Assembly (NCBI GenBank): GCA_963789815.1
Contig: CAWBMG010000002.1
Coordinates: forward strand, 65,997-97,996
Direction of reading: 5' to 3'
Source of the DNA: an uncultured Acidobacteriota bacterium
GTDB lineage: Bacteria > Acidobacteriota > Vicinamibacteria > Vicinamibacterales > UBA2999
Length of the DNA stretch: 32,000 nucleotides
Shown: positions 22,490 to 31,961 of the stretch, one piece after another
How the letters are laid out: each line of letters begins with the position of its first letter
How positions within the stretch are numbered: the stretch's first letter is position 1
Program-made: the position numbers and the translations under genes
Notes under the pieces: model-generated
Told to the model about the DNA's origin: nothing
What the model saw: only the letters and a program-made list of their open reading frames with translations
Databases searched by the model: none

Positions 22490-23503
22490 GTGTCCTCGAA
22501 TCCTCTAATCCGCGCTTTTAGCGGACTCATCGGTTCACGGCGCGTCGTGGAGTCGGTCGTGCCACGACGGAGCTTCGACGACGTGATCCTTTCGCCGAAA
22601 ACCCGCCAGACGCTGGATCACGCGCTTGCGCACGTCACCAGGCACGACCTGATTTTCAACCGGTGGGGGCTGGGCGAGCGGCATCCGACGGGAATGGCTC
22701 TCGCATTCAACTTCGCAGGTCCGCCAGGCACCGGGAAAACGATCTGCGCCGAGGCGATTGCCCACGCGCTGGGCCGCCGGCTGCTCATCGTCCGCTATGC
22801 CGAGGTGGAGTCCATGTGGATGGGCGAGACGCCGAAGAACGTCGGGGCGATCTTCCGGCTGGCGCGTGAAGAGAACGCGGTGCTTCTGTTCGACGAAGCC
22901 GATACTATCGCCTCGCGGCGGTCCACCTCGATGGAGCACGGGTTCCTGCGCGAGACGAACACCGTGGTCAATGTGCTACTCAAAGAACTGGAATCCTTCC
23001 ACGGGGTGGTGATCTTTGCAACGAACCTCGCCGCGAACTTCGACCCCGCGTTCGAGCGACGCATCCGGACGCACGTGTTGTTCGAAATCCCCGAGGTTGA
23101 CGAACGCGAGCAGATCTGGCGTGTGCAGATGCATCCGACGCTCACGCCGCTTGCAGACGACGTGAACTTTCGTAAGCTGGCGGAGCAGTACGAAACGAGC
23201 GGAGGAGATATCCGAAACGCTGTGCTGAACGCCGCTCTGGCGGCGGCAGGTGAATCCGGCAACGACGCGTTCAAAGCGATTCATCATCACCACTTGGAGG
23301 ACGGGATTCGCCACGCATTGGCCGGCAAACGAGTCATGCGGCAGTCGTTGTTCCATCCGGAGGAATCACGCCCCGAGATCGGGCCGCGGTCGGCTCTTGA
23401 GGAGATCACGGCGGGGCTGAAGCCCACTGCATGGGCCAATCTGGTCAGCCTCGCAGCGCTTCTGATTGCCCTCGCCGCGCTGATCATCGCGATACTGCGC
23501 TGA
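22490..23503 (+). CDS. Classical AAA+ ATPase (single AAA domain) with a C-terminal transmembrane tail anchor
   Basis: 337 aa with a GTG start directly after an in-frame TAA. Walker A GPPGTGKT, Walker B LLFDEAD, ATN (SRH region), lid GGDIRNAVLNAAL. The last 23 aa, WANLVSLAALLIALAALIIAILR, form a hydrophobic helix. Confidence 0.8.
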   Translation: MSSNPLIRAFSGLIGSRRVVESVVPRRSFDDVILSPKTRQTLDHALAHVTRHDLIFNRWGLGERHPTGMALAFNFAGPPGTGKTICAEAIAHALGRRLLIVRYAEVESMWMGETPKNVGAIFRLAREENAVLLFDEADTIASRRSTSMEHGFLRETNTVVNVLLKELESFHGVVIFATNLAANFDPAFERRIRTHVLFEIPEVDEREQIWRVQMHPTLTPLADDVNFRKLAEQYETSGGDIRNAVLNAALAAAGESGNDAFKAIHHHHLEDGIRHALAGKRVMRQSLFHPEESRPEIGPRSALEEITAGLKPTAWANLVSLAALLIALAALIIAILR

Positions 23504-23528
23504 CCCCGGGTAGACAGCCCGCCGAAGA

Positions 23529-24737
23529 TCATAACCAGGTGCCACCCTGCCGCTCGCTGGGTTCCTGAGTGCTGGCGTCGAACTCATGGATCCAGGCCAG
23601 GTGATGCAGGGCGCCCTCGGACGATCCGAGCCGGGCGTTGCGCTGGTCGGCGTTGTCGCCATCGGGCAGGTGCAGGACGTCGGCGGTGCTGATCGACGCG
23701 TACTGGACCTTGCGCGTGCGACCGCGGCGAAGCCTCTCGTAGCGCTCGATCGCCTCGGCGAATGGGCCCGATCCGGCTTCGCCAAGACAGGCGGCAAGCA
23801 CGACGGCGTCCTCTATCGACTGGTTGGCTCCCTGCCCATGGTGCGGCGCCAGCGCGTGTGCGGCGTCCCCCAGCAGTGTCACGCGCCCCCTGGTCCATCG
23901 GCCGAGCGGTGGACGATGGAACAGGCCCCAACGGTCGCTCACGGGCCTTGCCGTGATCATCTCGACGACCGCAGGATGCCACTGGGCAAAGTGGCGCAAC
24001 TGTTCTCCCTCGGTCGCCGGCATCACCCAGTCGCGTCGCGGCCATGGTGTTGGGTGGCGCTCCACCAGCAGAAAATTGATGTGGTTGTTGCCCATGGGGT
24101 AGTGCAACAGGTGCCCGCCCGGCCCGATCCAGAACTGAATCGCAGTCGGGTCCGGCAGGCTCGGTAGCTTGTCCATTGGCACCACGCCGCGAAACCCGCT
24201 GCACCCGGAGTACAGTGCGTCGTCATAGCCGAGCATCCAGCGCCGTACGAACGAGCGCGCGCCGTCGGCGCCGACGACGAGATCGGCTTCGATGGTGCTG
24301 CCGTCGTCGAAGCGCAGCACCGTGCGTGCGCCGGTGTCGTCGATGCCGACGAGGCGCTTGCTCAGGTGAATGCGATCCAGCCCTACGGCCGCGGACAGGA
24401 TCGCCTGCAGCTCAGCGCGATGAATACCGACGTACGGCGCCCCGAAGCGCTGGCGGTAGGCTGGCCCCGCTTGATGTTCGGCGATGAGGCGGCCGCTGCG
24501 GCCATCTCGGTAGATCAGCGCGGACACCTCGAACCAGCGCGAGGCGAATTGCGGCTCGAGCCCGAACCGCTCAAAGAAGCGAGTCGCGTTGCCCGACAAC
24601 GCCACCGCGGCGCCGACCTCGCGCAGCTCGGCGGTCTGTTCGTAGATGTCGACGTTGAGGCCGTACGGGCGCAGTGCGATCGCCAGGGTCAGCCCGCCAA
24701 TGCCACCACCGATCACTGCGATGCGACGCCTATCCAT
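23529..24737 (-). CDS. FAD-dependent aromatic monooxygenase (salicylate / 3-hydroxybenzoate hydroxylase-like)
   Basis: ORF 23529..24785. I prefer the start MDRRRIAVIGGGIGGLTLA (GxGxxG) at 24737, but 24746 or 24785 are possible. Motifs: DLVVGADGARS, RVTLLGDAAHALAPHHGQGANQSIEDA. Confidence 0.8.
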   Translation of the reverse strand: MDRRRIAVIGGGIGGLTLAIALRPYGLNVDIYEQTAELREVGAAVALSGNATRFFERFGLEPQFASRWFEVSALIYRDGRSGRLIAEHQAGPAYRQRFGAPYVGIHRAELQAILSAAVGLDRIHLSKRLVGIDDTGARTVLRFDDGSTIEADLVVGADGARSFVRRWMLGYDDALYSGCSGFRGVVPMDKLPSLPDPTAIQFWIGPGGHLLHYPMGNNHINFLLVERHPTPWPRRDWVMPATEGEQLRHFAQWHPAVVEMITARPVSDRWGLFHRPPLGRWTRGRVTLLGDAAHALAPHHGQGANQSIEDAVVLAACLGEAGSGPFAEAIERYERLRRGRTRKVQYASISTADVLHLPDGDNADQRNARLGSSEGALHHLAWIHEFDASTQEPSERQGGTWL

Positions 24738-24910
24738 TGCGCACATATGGAAGCGGATAGTAAACCGGGCCCGGGGCGATTTCACTGCTTTCGCAACCTT
24801 GGCGCTCGGGCTAGGATCGGCGGGCGTGCTCTCGAAGGTCGTCGGTGGCCGAAGCGCTCACGGGCGTTCGGCTAAGGCGCGAATGCAAACGACGGTAGGA
24901 GGGTGACTTC

Positions 24911-25547
24911 ATGGGCGTTCGATTATTCGTGCTATTGCTTGTGTCCCTGCCTGCGATCGCGCAGGCACAAACCGCGCTGCCGCCGGATATCAACCCAGTA
25001 ACACTGTCGCGGCTGCCGCCGGTCACGCCGGAAGATCTCGACGAGGAAGGGCGGCGGGTACTGGCCCAAAGGCCCGCGGTCAAGCCGGGGCCGGGCCCCA
25101 CACACGTCACGAGTTACAGCCCGAGGGAGCGCAGCCTCGGTATTCCCACGGGCGTGGATAGCCCCGTCGGCCCGCGGTACTTTCAGCTTGCGGTGCTCAT
25201 CATCGCGAGAGAAATCGACCAGCAGTACCGAGTGGTCCGCCCACGAGCCCGCGGGCTTGAGGCAAGGACTCGAGCAGTCGGTCATCGACGTCGTCAGGTA
25301 CAACAAGGATGTGGCGGGCCTATCCGACAAGGACGCCACGCTCATCACCTTTGGACGCACGTTGTATCGCGAGCACCGCGTGAGCAGCGAGTTGTGGCAA
25401 AAGATGGTCGGACATTTCGGGCGCCAGCACACGGTGCAGCTCATGATGATCATGGGCGACTACTTCAGAGTGGGCTTCATGATGAACGCTGTCGATCAGC
25501 ACCTTCCGCCGGAGCGGAAGGCGCTGCTGCCGCTGTTGAGTCGATGA
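24911..25547 (+). CDS. Secreted carboxymuconolactone decarboxylase (CMD/AhpD-like) family protein, apparent +1 frameshift at about 25229
   Basis: Frame 2: MGVRLFVLLLVSLPAIAQAQ (signal) ...FQLAVLIIAREIDQQY. Frame 0 continues EWSAHEPAGLRQGLEQSVIDVV...LMMIMGDYFRVGFMMNAVDQHLP. Skipping C 25229 joins QQY-EWSAHE. AGGAGGG lies 8 nt upstream of the ATG. Confidence 0.75.
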
Positions 25548-25647
25548 CCGACGAGGGCGAAAGCCCGAAACAGGGTTATAGAACTGGCAAGGCCGCGGCG
25601 CAACTCGCTGGTAACGACGACCAACGGTTTGGTAGCATGCGCACTGG

Positions 25648-27574
25648 TTGCGGGCGTCGTCGCTAACCGTTCATCTTCGAGATCCTATTTTTCAGATAGA
25701 GCAGGCTGATTCTCTGGGCTCTGCAAAGTCGGCACGTCGCACGTCACGTCAACAGCGGTTTTCGCTCCGGCGATGGCCGTTGCCGACGGTCATCGTTCTT
25801 GCACAACTCGCGCTGGCGGGTTTCGCCTGGGCCGCAGACGATCACAAGCAAGTACTCGTTCTGCATTCGACGAGGCCAGATTCACAAGTCTCCACCATCG
25901 GTGAGGAGGAATTACCGCGAAGTCTCGAGGTCGGTCTGGGACAGGACCTGGACTACTACTCTGAATTCATCGACACGGCGAGGTTTCCGGACCTTACGTA
26001 CCGACAAGCCTTCGACGATTTCATTCGCCAGAAGTACCAGGGAACTCGATTCGACGTTGTCGTCGCGATGGGGGATGTCGCCCTCGAGTTCGTCGGCAAC
26101 AATCGCGACGACCTCTTCCGCGAAGTACCTGTCGTATTCCTGGCGAACAGTCAGACGGCTCAGGGAGTCGCGAACTCGACCGGCTTGATCGTCGAACGGA
26201 ACTTCAGCGCAACACTCTCGTTCATCGCAGAAGCTGCAGCCCGACGTGAGACACATCTTCGTAGTCAGCGGCGCCGCGGCTGCCGACAAGGCGTATGAGA
26301 GCCAGTTGCGCATCCAGTCCAAGTCGTTCGAAACTCGATTCACCTTCACATATCTGTCAGGCCTGGCGACTCCGGAACTCGAACGGCGGTTAGCAACGCT
26401 TCCCGAACGCTCGGCTGTCTACTACATGCTCGTCACACAGGATGGTGTGGGTAACAAATTCCACCCGTTGGAATACCTCGAGCGCGTCTCGGCCGCGGCC
26501 AGCGCCCCGACCTACTGCTGGGTGGATTCGGCCATGGAACGCGGCATCGTGGGTGGCAGCTTGTACAGCCAGCGAGAGGTTACTCGCCGCATCGCACAAC
26601 TCGCCCTCCGCGTGCTCCGCGGAGAGCGCGCGGACAGCATCCCCGTTTCCGCCCAGGATGTCACTGTCGATCAGGTCGACTGGCGTGAGCTTCGACGTTG
26701 GGGTCTCAGCGAAGCGCGTCTTCCTGCCCAAACGCTCGTAAGGTTTCGAGAACCCAGCATCTGGGACCGGTACAGGGTCTACTTTCTCGGTGGGACGGCG
26801 CTTTTCCTGGCGCAGTCGGCATTGATCGTGGGGCTCCTCCTGCAACGGGCGCGAAGACGACAAGCCGAGGAGCAGGTGCGTGACAGCCAGGCAGCGCTGC
26901 GTACAAGTTACGAGAGAATCCGCGACCTTGGCGGCCGGTTGTTGAACGCGCAGGAAGCCGAGCGCGCCCGTGTTGCGCGGGAGTTGCACGACGATATTAG
27001 CCAACAGATAGCGGGGCTCACACTCGCCGTGTCGCGGTTGGGCAGCGTCGTTCAAGGGCAAGCCAAGGGGCTGGCCGGAGACGTATTGCACCGCGCTGAT
27101 GACGTTGCCAGAAGCGTGCACGACCTGTCGCACCGTCTGCATCCGGCCAGATTGCGTCTGCTTGGTCTGGTGGGCGGCCTCGAGGGTCTTCGAGACGAAC
27201 TGTCACAGCCCGGCGTCGCCATCACCGTCACGCACGACAACATTCCACCGGTGCTCCCGCTCGAGCTGACGGTCTGTCTATTCCGAGTCGTCCAGGAAGC
27301 GCTGCAGAACGCCCTCAAGTACAGCAGGGCGCAGCACCTGTCGGTCGATCTGCGTGGCGGCCCGGACGGGCTCTCGCTGTGCATAGTGGATGATGGCGTG
27401 GGCTTCGACGTCGCCACAGCATGGGGCAAGGGGCTCGGTCTGATCAGCATGGTCGAGCGCCTCGAGGCGATCGACAGTACGCTCGAGATTCATTCCAGGC
27501 TCGGTGAGGGCACAAGCCTGGAAGTTACCGTGCCTCTCCGCGTTATCGAGGGCACCAGGACGGTTGCGGTCTGA
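25648..27574 (+). CDS. Sensor histidine kinase (HisKA_3 + HATPase_c, NarL-partner type) with periplasmic SBP-like sensor domain, apparent +1 frameshift at about 26230
   Basis: Frame 1: ...VIVLAQLALAGFAWAADDHKQVLVLHSTRPDS...RFDVVVAMGDVALEF...NFSATLSFIA. Frame 2: KLQPDVRHIFVVSGAAAADKAYE...TM (YFLGGTALFLAQSALIVGLLL)...ARELHDDISQ (H-box)...GKGLGLISMVERL. Skipping G 26230 joins them. The start (TTG 25648) is uncertain. Confidence 0.8.
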
Positions 27575-27608
27575 CGCGGCTTGAACAGTGCTCCGCTCAC
27601 GACCAGAG

Positions 27609-30600
27609 TCACAACTCGAGTTCGGCGGTGATTCTAATGAACCGTGGCGTCAGGATCGTCAACGGTTGCAACCACGTGCCGCCGGGGACGAACGTGCTGT
27701 TATAGGTCAGTACGGCACTCGAGTTCAGTGCATTGTAGATGTCGAGCGCGAACAAGGTTCGTGAACGGCCGTACCTCAGGGTCTTGGCCACTCGCACGTC
27801 GAGCTGATTCAGACGGTCGCCATACATCGTCCCCGGTTCCACCAGGTTCACTGTCACGTTGGCCGCGTTGCCTGAGAGGTTCCTTCCGAGCGACGGCGCC
27901 ACAACCGAGTTCGGGGCCGCGTAGTTGGCCGCGAGCATAGCTCCGGGTTTACTCTGAAACGTCGCGGCGAGCTGGACGTCGATCTTAGGGACGACGTAGG
28001 AGGAGAGACCTCTGAACTGCGTCAGCACGCCGTATGCGGCATGGCAGTAGGGGCTCACGAGGGTCACGGCCGATGTGGCGAGACCGGCGCCGAACGCACT
28101 CGTCCCGGTGGTTGTTGTAGCGAGTTCCGGCAGGTGAGCACGGACGTCGCAGCTGTCGGCGACCGTCTGACCCGTGCTCGTGCCTCCCGCAAGAACGAAG
28201 TTTCGGCCAACCCTCATGTTGGCAGTCACGTCAATCCCGTTGAAGTAATGACTCCACGCTCCGTAACCTCTGGAGTCGGCGATCAGGTTGTCCACCTGTC
28301 CGGCCTTTTCGGGGACGACATCGTAGAGGCCCGACACGACGTAACCACCGCCTCCAGGCAAGCGAGGGTCAGTGGGGGCCACGAGGCTGAACAGGGTCAG
28401 ATCAGAGGGTTGAATCGCGAGGTTGTCGGCCACGAAAAAGGATTGATACCAGCGCCTGATGTACGTCGCGTCTATCGAAGAACGCGCTCCGACCTTCTGC
28501 TGAAGCGACACCGCCAGAGTCCAATCCGAGGGACGGACGCCCCAGCCCCGGAGGATGCCCGCGTCGAAGTTGTTGGTCACGATTTTCGTGCCGAAGCTCG
28601 TGTTCGACAGCACGCCGCAGAGATCGCCGCCACTGGCCAGGCGATCCTGTGCGGCGGGGTTCAGGAGATCGCAATCGGGCACGAAATTGCGGTTTGCGTC
28701 GGTCCAGGCCCGCGTGACACCTGCCGTGCCAAACACTGGAGTCGTCTGCGGCATCCGCAAGGTGGGATTCGTGTTGGCGTAGTTGCCTGACGCACCGGCG
28801 CCCTCGAGATACTTGCCGAGGGCCATTTTGATTGCCGTCTTACCCGTGCCGGACACGTCGTACGCCACACCCATCCTTGGCGTGATGTCTTTGTAGCTAT
28901 CGACGCCCCGTGTCTCAGGAATGACGATGGGCGTCGGCAAGAATCTCGACGGCCCTTCCTGCTGCGCGGGAAACCAACTCCAAGCCCGATCGAAGCGAAG
29001 CGCACCCTGCACGGTCAGGCGCTCGCGCGTCCATTGCTCCTGAGCGAACAGGCCATCCCACGCGACACGCGCATTGTTCACCCACGGCGAAATGGATTGC
29101 GTCAGCTGATTCGGCTCACCATTGTTGAAGCGGTACGTCAGGTTCTGGTCGTTCGTCATCCACGTCCGGTCGTCGGTCATCAGCGTGTGCTGATACCCGA
29201 CCTTCAGACTGTGCGTGCCCGTCACGTATGAGATCGCCCCCTTCCACAGGTATGAGCCGGTGTGCGCGACGCTGAAGTCCTGCGAGCGATAGACCAGGCC
29301 CGGGATGTTGCCGTTGGCCGCGCAAGCGCTCGCGCACTGCTCCGCGACGCGAACCAGGCCGCGGGTGGGATTCGGTTCGCGCTCGAAGTTGCCCACGCCA
29401 AAGAAGATGCCGCCGTAGCCGGCTTCAAGCAGCAGCTGGTTCGTGGCTGGAGAGGACCACGTTGCCTGCGACACATGGAGCGGACGGCCGAGGACGCCCA
29501 CCGCTTCCGGCGAGACTCGCGCAGGCTCTGAAAGCCCTGGCGTGGCGCCCGTGCACGTCCGGCACAAGGCCTGCGCGTCCCAGAATCCACCGACTCTGTT
29601 GCGCGGCGTCATCTGCCAGGTGACGCGTCCGCTGGCGTTCTCGAAAGTCCGGTCCGAGTATTCGCGCCGGTTGACGTCGGGCCTGTACAGCCAGCTGGAA
29701 GGATCGCCCGCGTTCAGGTTGTAGTAGACGTTGGCCACTTCCCGTGTGCTTCCGCCGGTATGGGCGTTGACGAAGTACCACGCGCGATCCTGCCGGATCG
29801 GACCGCCGAGGGTGCCCGAGACGTCGTAGTCTTTCGTGAGCGGAGTCGCCGCCGTCACACCTTGATCCTTCAATGCCTGTGTGAGATTGTCGGACTGCAG
29901 CCTGCCACCGGTGCCACTCGCGAAGAACGAGCCGCGGATCGCGTTCCCGCCGCTCTTGGGCACGATGTTCATCACCAGTCCGGCCGTTTCCATCTCGCCG
30001 AGCGCCCCGGAAGTCGTAAACGTGACCTCCTGCGCCTGGCCGATGTCGACGACGTAGCTCGTCGCCGAATTGCCGCTCGGCGGACTCCCGATATTCAACC
30101 CGTCCAGCGAGAGACGCCCCTCGTTCGCCCGGCCACCGTGAATGGGAAATGATGCCGTCGCGGTCGCGGTAACCGTATCGTTGAAGTTGGTCACGACGCC
30201 GGGGACGAGGGCGAGCAAGGCGTTGTAACTACGCACCGTGGGAATCGACCTGACAAGCTCCCCGCTCAGCGTCACCTCTCTCTTCGCGGTGTGGACGTCA
30301 ACCACGGTGACCTCAGCAGTGACGATGACCGTTTCTGCCAGGGGTCCAGTTGCGATCTCCGCGTTGACGGTGGCGGTCAACGAGCCACTGAGCTCAACGC
30401 CTTCCTGTTGGTGGACACTCAAACCCTGCCGCGAGAACTTCACCAGATAGGTGCCAGGCCGCAGGTTTTCGACACGGTATCGCCCGGTTTCGTCGGTAAC
30501 GGTCGCACGGAGTCTCTCGATGAGCTCTGGGCTGCTTGCCTCCACGACGACGCCGGCGATCGGAGCGCCAGACGAGTCCTTCACAGATCCGGCAATCGCT

Positions 30601-30662
30601 GCTTGAGCGAACGCGACCGCGGGGATGCTAGTCAGCCAAGTAACAATGAGGAGCGTCTTCAT
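27609..30662 (-). CDS. TonB-dependent receptor / outer-membrane beta-barrel with N-terminal carboxypeptidase-regulatory-like domain
   Basis: 1017 aa. Signal MKTLLIVTWLTSIPAVAFAQ, then IAGSVKDSSGAPIAGVVVE...TDETGRYRVENLRPGTYLVKF (CarboxypepD_reg), a long barrel, and an aromatic C-terminus ...RFIRITAELEL. Confidence 0.85.
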   Translation of the reverse strand: MKTLLIVTWLTSIPAVAFAQAAIAGSVKDSSGAPIAGVVVEASSPELIERLRATVTDETGRYRVENLRPGTYLVKFSRQGLSVHQQEGVELSGSLTATVNAEIATGPLAETVIVTAEVTVVDVHTAKREVTLSGELVRSIPTVRSYNALLALVPGVVTNFNDTVTATATASFPIHGGRANEGRLSLDGLNIGSPPSGNSATSYVVDIGQAQEVTFTTSGALGEMETAGLVMNIVPKSGGNAIRGSFFASGTGGRLQSDNLTQALKDQGVTAATPLTKDYDVSGTLGGPIRQDRAWYFVNAHTGGSTREVANVYYNLNAGDPSSWLYRPDVNRREYSDRTFENASGRVTWQMTPRNRVGGFWDAQALCRTCTGATPGLSEPARVSPEAVGVLGRPLHVSQATWSSPATNQLLLEAGYGGIFFGVGNFEREPNPTRGLVRVAEQCASACAANGNIPGLVYRSQDFSVAHTGSYLWKGAISYVTGTHSLKVGYQHTLMTDDRTWMTNDQNLTYRFNNGEPNQLTQSISPWVNNARVAWDGLFAQEQWTRERLTVQGALRFDRAWSWFPAQQEGPSRFLPTPIVIPETRGVDSYKDITPRMGVAYDVSGTGKTAIKMALGKYLEGAGASGNYANTNPTLRMPQTTPVFGTAGVTRAWTDANRNFVPDCDLLNPAAQDRLASGGDLCGVLSNTSFGTKIVTNNFDAGILRGWGVRPSDWTLAVSLQQKVGARSSIDATYIRRWYQSFFVADNLAIQPSDLTLFSLVAPTDPRLPGGGGYVVSGLYDVVPEKAGQVDNLIADSRGYGAWSHYFNGIDVTANMRVGRNFVLAGGTSTGQTVADSCDVRAHLPELATTTTGTSAFGAGLATSAVTLVSPYCHAAYGVLTQFRGLSSYVVPKIDVQLAATFQSKPGAMLAANYAAPNSVVAPSLGRNLSGNAANVTVNLVEPGTMYGDRLNQLDVRVAKTLRYGRSRTLFALDIYNALNSSAVLTYNSTFVPGGTWLQPLTILTPRFIRITAELEL

Positions 30663-30922
30663 TCGTTCTGCCAGAGGTTCACCCGGCGAGGCGAACTGTG
30701 TACGGCATGAGCTCAGAACGTTCCGGGTGACTAGAGAAGAGGCACTTCCCCTAATCTAGCTTAGCTTGGTCCTCCGCTTTGCCCAGCTTGTGCCCCTCAG
30801 AGGAAAGGCGTAAGGTGTACGGTCAGTCACGCTTTTCTGAGCCTCCGGCCACTTCGCTGGGCGTTCTTCAGCCCTGGCCTCTGCCCTCATCAAGGCTCAT
30901 TTCCCAAAGAAATCAGGTTGAC

Positions 30923-31159
30923 ATGATCACATCCCTTCCCCGCTACGCACCACTTGCCGCACTGCTGGAGCAAGTCCGCGAACAATACCGAGAAATGCCG
31001 GGGCTCACGTTGACGAAGCCGCAGGCCATGCTGCTATTTGGGGTAGCACCCTCGGTGTGCGCCGCGATGCTCAGGGCGCTCGTAATGGAGAACTTTCTGT
31101 CCCGCGCCGGAGATGGCCTGTTTGTCCGATCGACTACGGCGCCGTGCCGGCCGGCCTGA
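30923..31159 (+). CDS. 78-aa small winged-helix-like protein of unknown function
   Basis: ORF 30779..31159 trimmed to ATG 30923: MITSLPRYAPLAALLEQVREQYREMPGLTLTKPQAMLLFGVAPSVCAAMLRALVMENFLSRAGDGLFVR. I recall the pattern (E-x-PGL-x-LT-x-x-Q...C...L-x-x-LV...FL...DG-x-F-x-R) from small hypothetical proteins. Confidence 0.5.
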   Translation: MITSLPRYAPLAALLEQVREQYREMPGLTLTKPQAMLLFGVAPSVCAAMLRALVMENFLSRAGDGLFVRSTTAPCRPA

Positions 31160-31961
31160 CCACGATGGTCGCGCGGCGCCTGCCGACGTCGCCGATGCCG
31201 TCAGCCGCTTCCGGTTCCGACCTGATAGTGACGCTCAGCGCCGATGCGGGCACGCCGAGGCCCAGAAGGATCGTCTCGAGCTTCTTCGCCCGTCGCGCCA
31301 CGACAACTGGGCTCTCGCGTAGTGTCTCTCCGGTGGACAGCAGCGACGCACCGCGATAGGTCGTCACTTCCACGCGGGCCGCGCCCGTTTCTCTGACGTA
31401 ACGCAGTGCGTCATTCACGATCCGGGTGACACGTCCCGGCATGAAGTCGCTGTCGAAATCGAACGGAAGTGTGTACGTGCGCACGGCAAACGGCGGTGTC
31501 AGCGGCGCCGGCACAGCGGCGGGTGCGGGCGCCGCTCCTGGACGGACACTCGACGGGCCGGGACCACGCGGGGCGTGTGGCGCCTCGATGCCCTCCTCAG
31601 CCGGCAGCATCGTGTTGCACGAAGGCTCGAGCTCGGGCATCACGGACGTGACGACCGGTTTGAGAACAATGCCGCCGCATACCCGCGGCTCGTTCGAGAC
31701 TGTCCCCTCGACCAGCACCTTGTGCCCCAGTTGCGGAGGATACCAGGCAGCGCCGGTATCTTCCTGGATGCCCAGGAAGTAGAGCTCGCCTTCGAACTCC
31801 GCCAGGAAGCACGGCACCGTTTTCGTGTCGCGCACGACCGGACAGGCCAGGAAGTTGCGGCGATCGGCCGGCGGCTTCTGCTGCGCAAGCGCGGGAGCCG
31901 CAATCAACGTCGCGAGCGCGAATATGCCCTGGAGCCGATGGCGGCGTCGTGTTGGGTTCAT
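31134..31961 (-). CDS. Secreted protein with a 4-Cys N-terminal half and a degenerate OmpA-C-like C-terminal domain
   Basis: Signal MNPTRRRHRLQGIFALATLIAAPALAQQ. C-terminal half: LPFDFDSDFMPGR...RVEVTTYRG...ARRAKKLETILLGLGVPASALSV...RRRATIVV, which resembles OmpA_C topology. The tracked start at 31964 is GTG; ATG 31961 is preferred. Confidence 0.6.
   Translation of the reverse strand: MNPTRRRHRLQGIFALATLIAAPALAQQKPPADRRNFLACPVVRDTKTVPCFLAEFEGELYFLGIQEDTGAAWYPPQLGHKVLVEGTVSNEPRVCGGIVLKPVVTSVMPELEPSCNTMLPAEEGIEAPHAPRGPGPSSVRPGAAPAPAAVPAPLTPPFAVRTYTLPFDFDSDFMPGRVTRIVNDALRYVRETGAARVEVTTYRGASLLSTGETLRESPVVVARRAKKLETILLGLGVPASALSVTIRSEPEAADGIGDVGRRRATIVVRPAGTAP

Noticed and set aside
22372-22530. 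Long (120-aa) version of the minus ORF starting at 22530
   Set aside because: Its first 14 codons would overlap the AAA ATPase start head-to-head. There is no RBS. Even the shorter version is kept only at very low confidence.
26390-27142. 250-aa minus ORF; similarly 28041..28790 +, 16076..16666 +, 9197..9787 -, 23584..24204 -, 20972..21613 -
   Set aside because: Each is antisense or out of frame to a gene with strong family motifs (kinase, TonB receptor, aminotransferase, oxidoreductase, monooxygenase, regulator).
30840-30870. GCCACTTCG upstream region of the TonB-dependent receptor, checked as a possible cobalamin riboswitch B12-box
   Set aside because: It is on the wrong strand relative to the receptor gene. 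It does not match the B12-box core beyond a few bases, and no flanking conserved riboswitch helices were seen.
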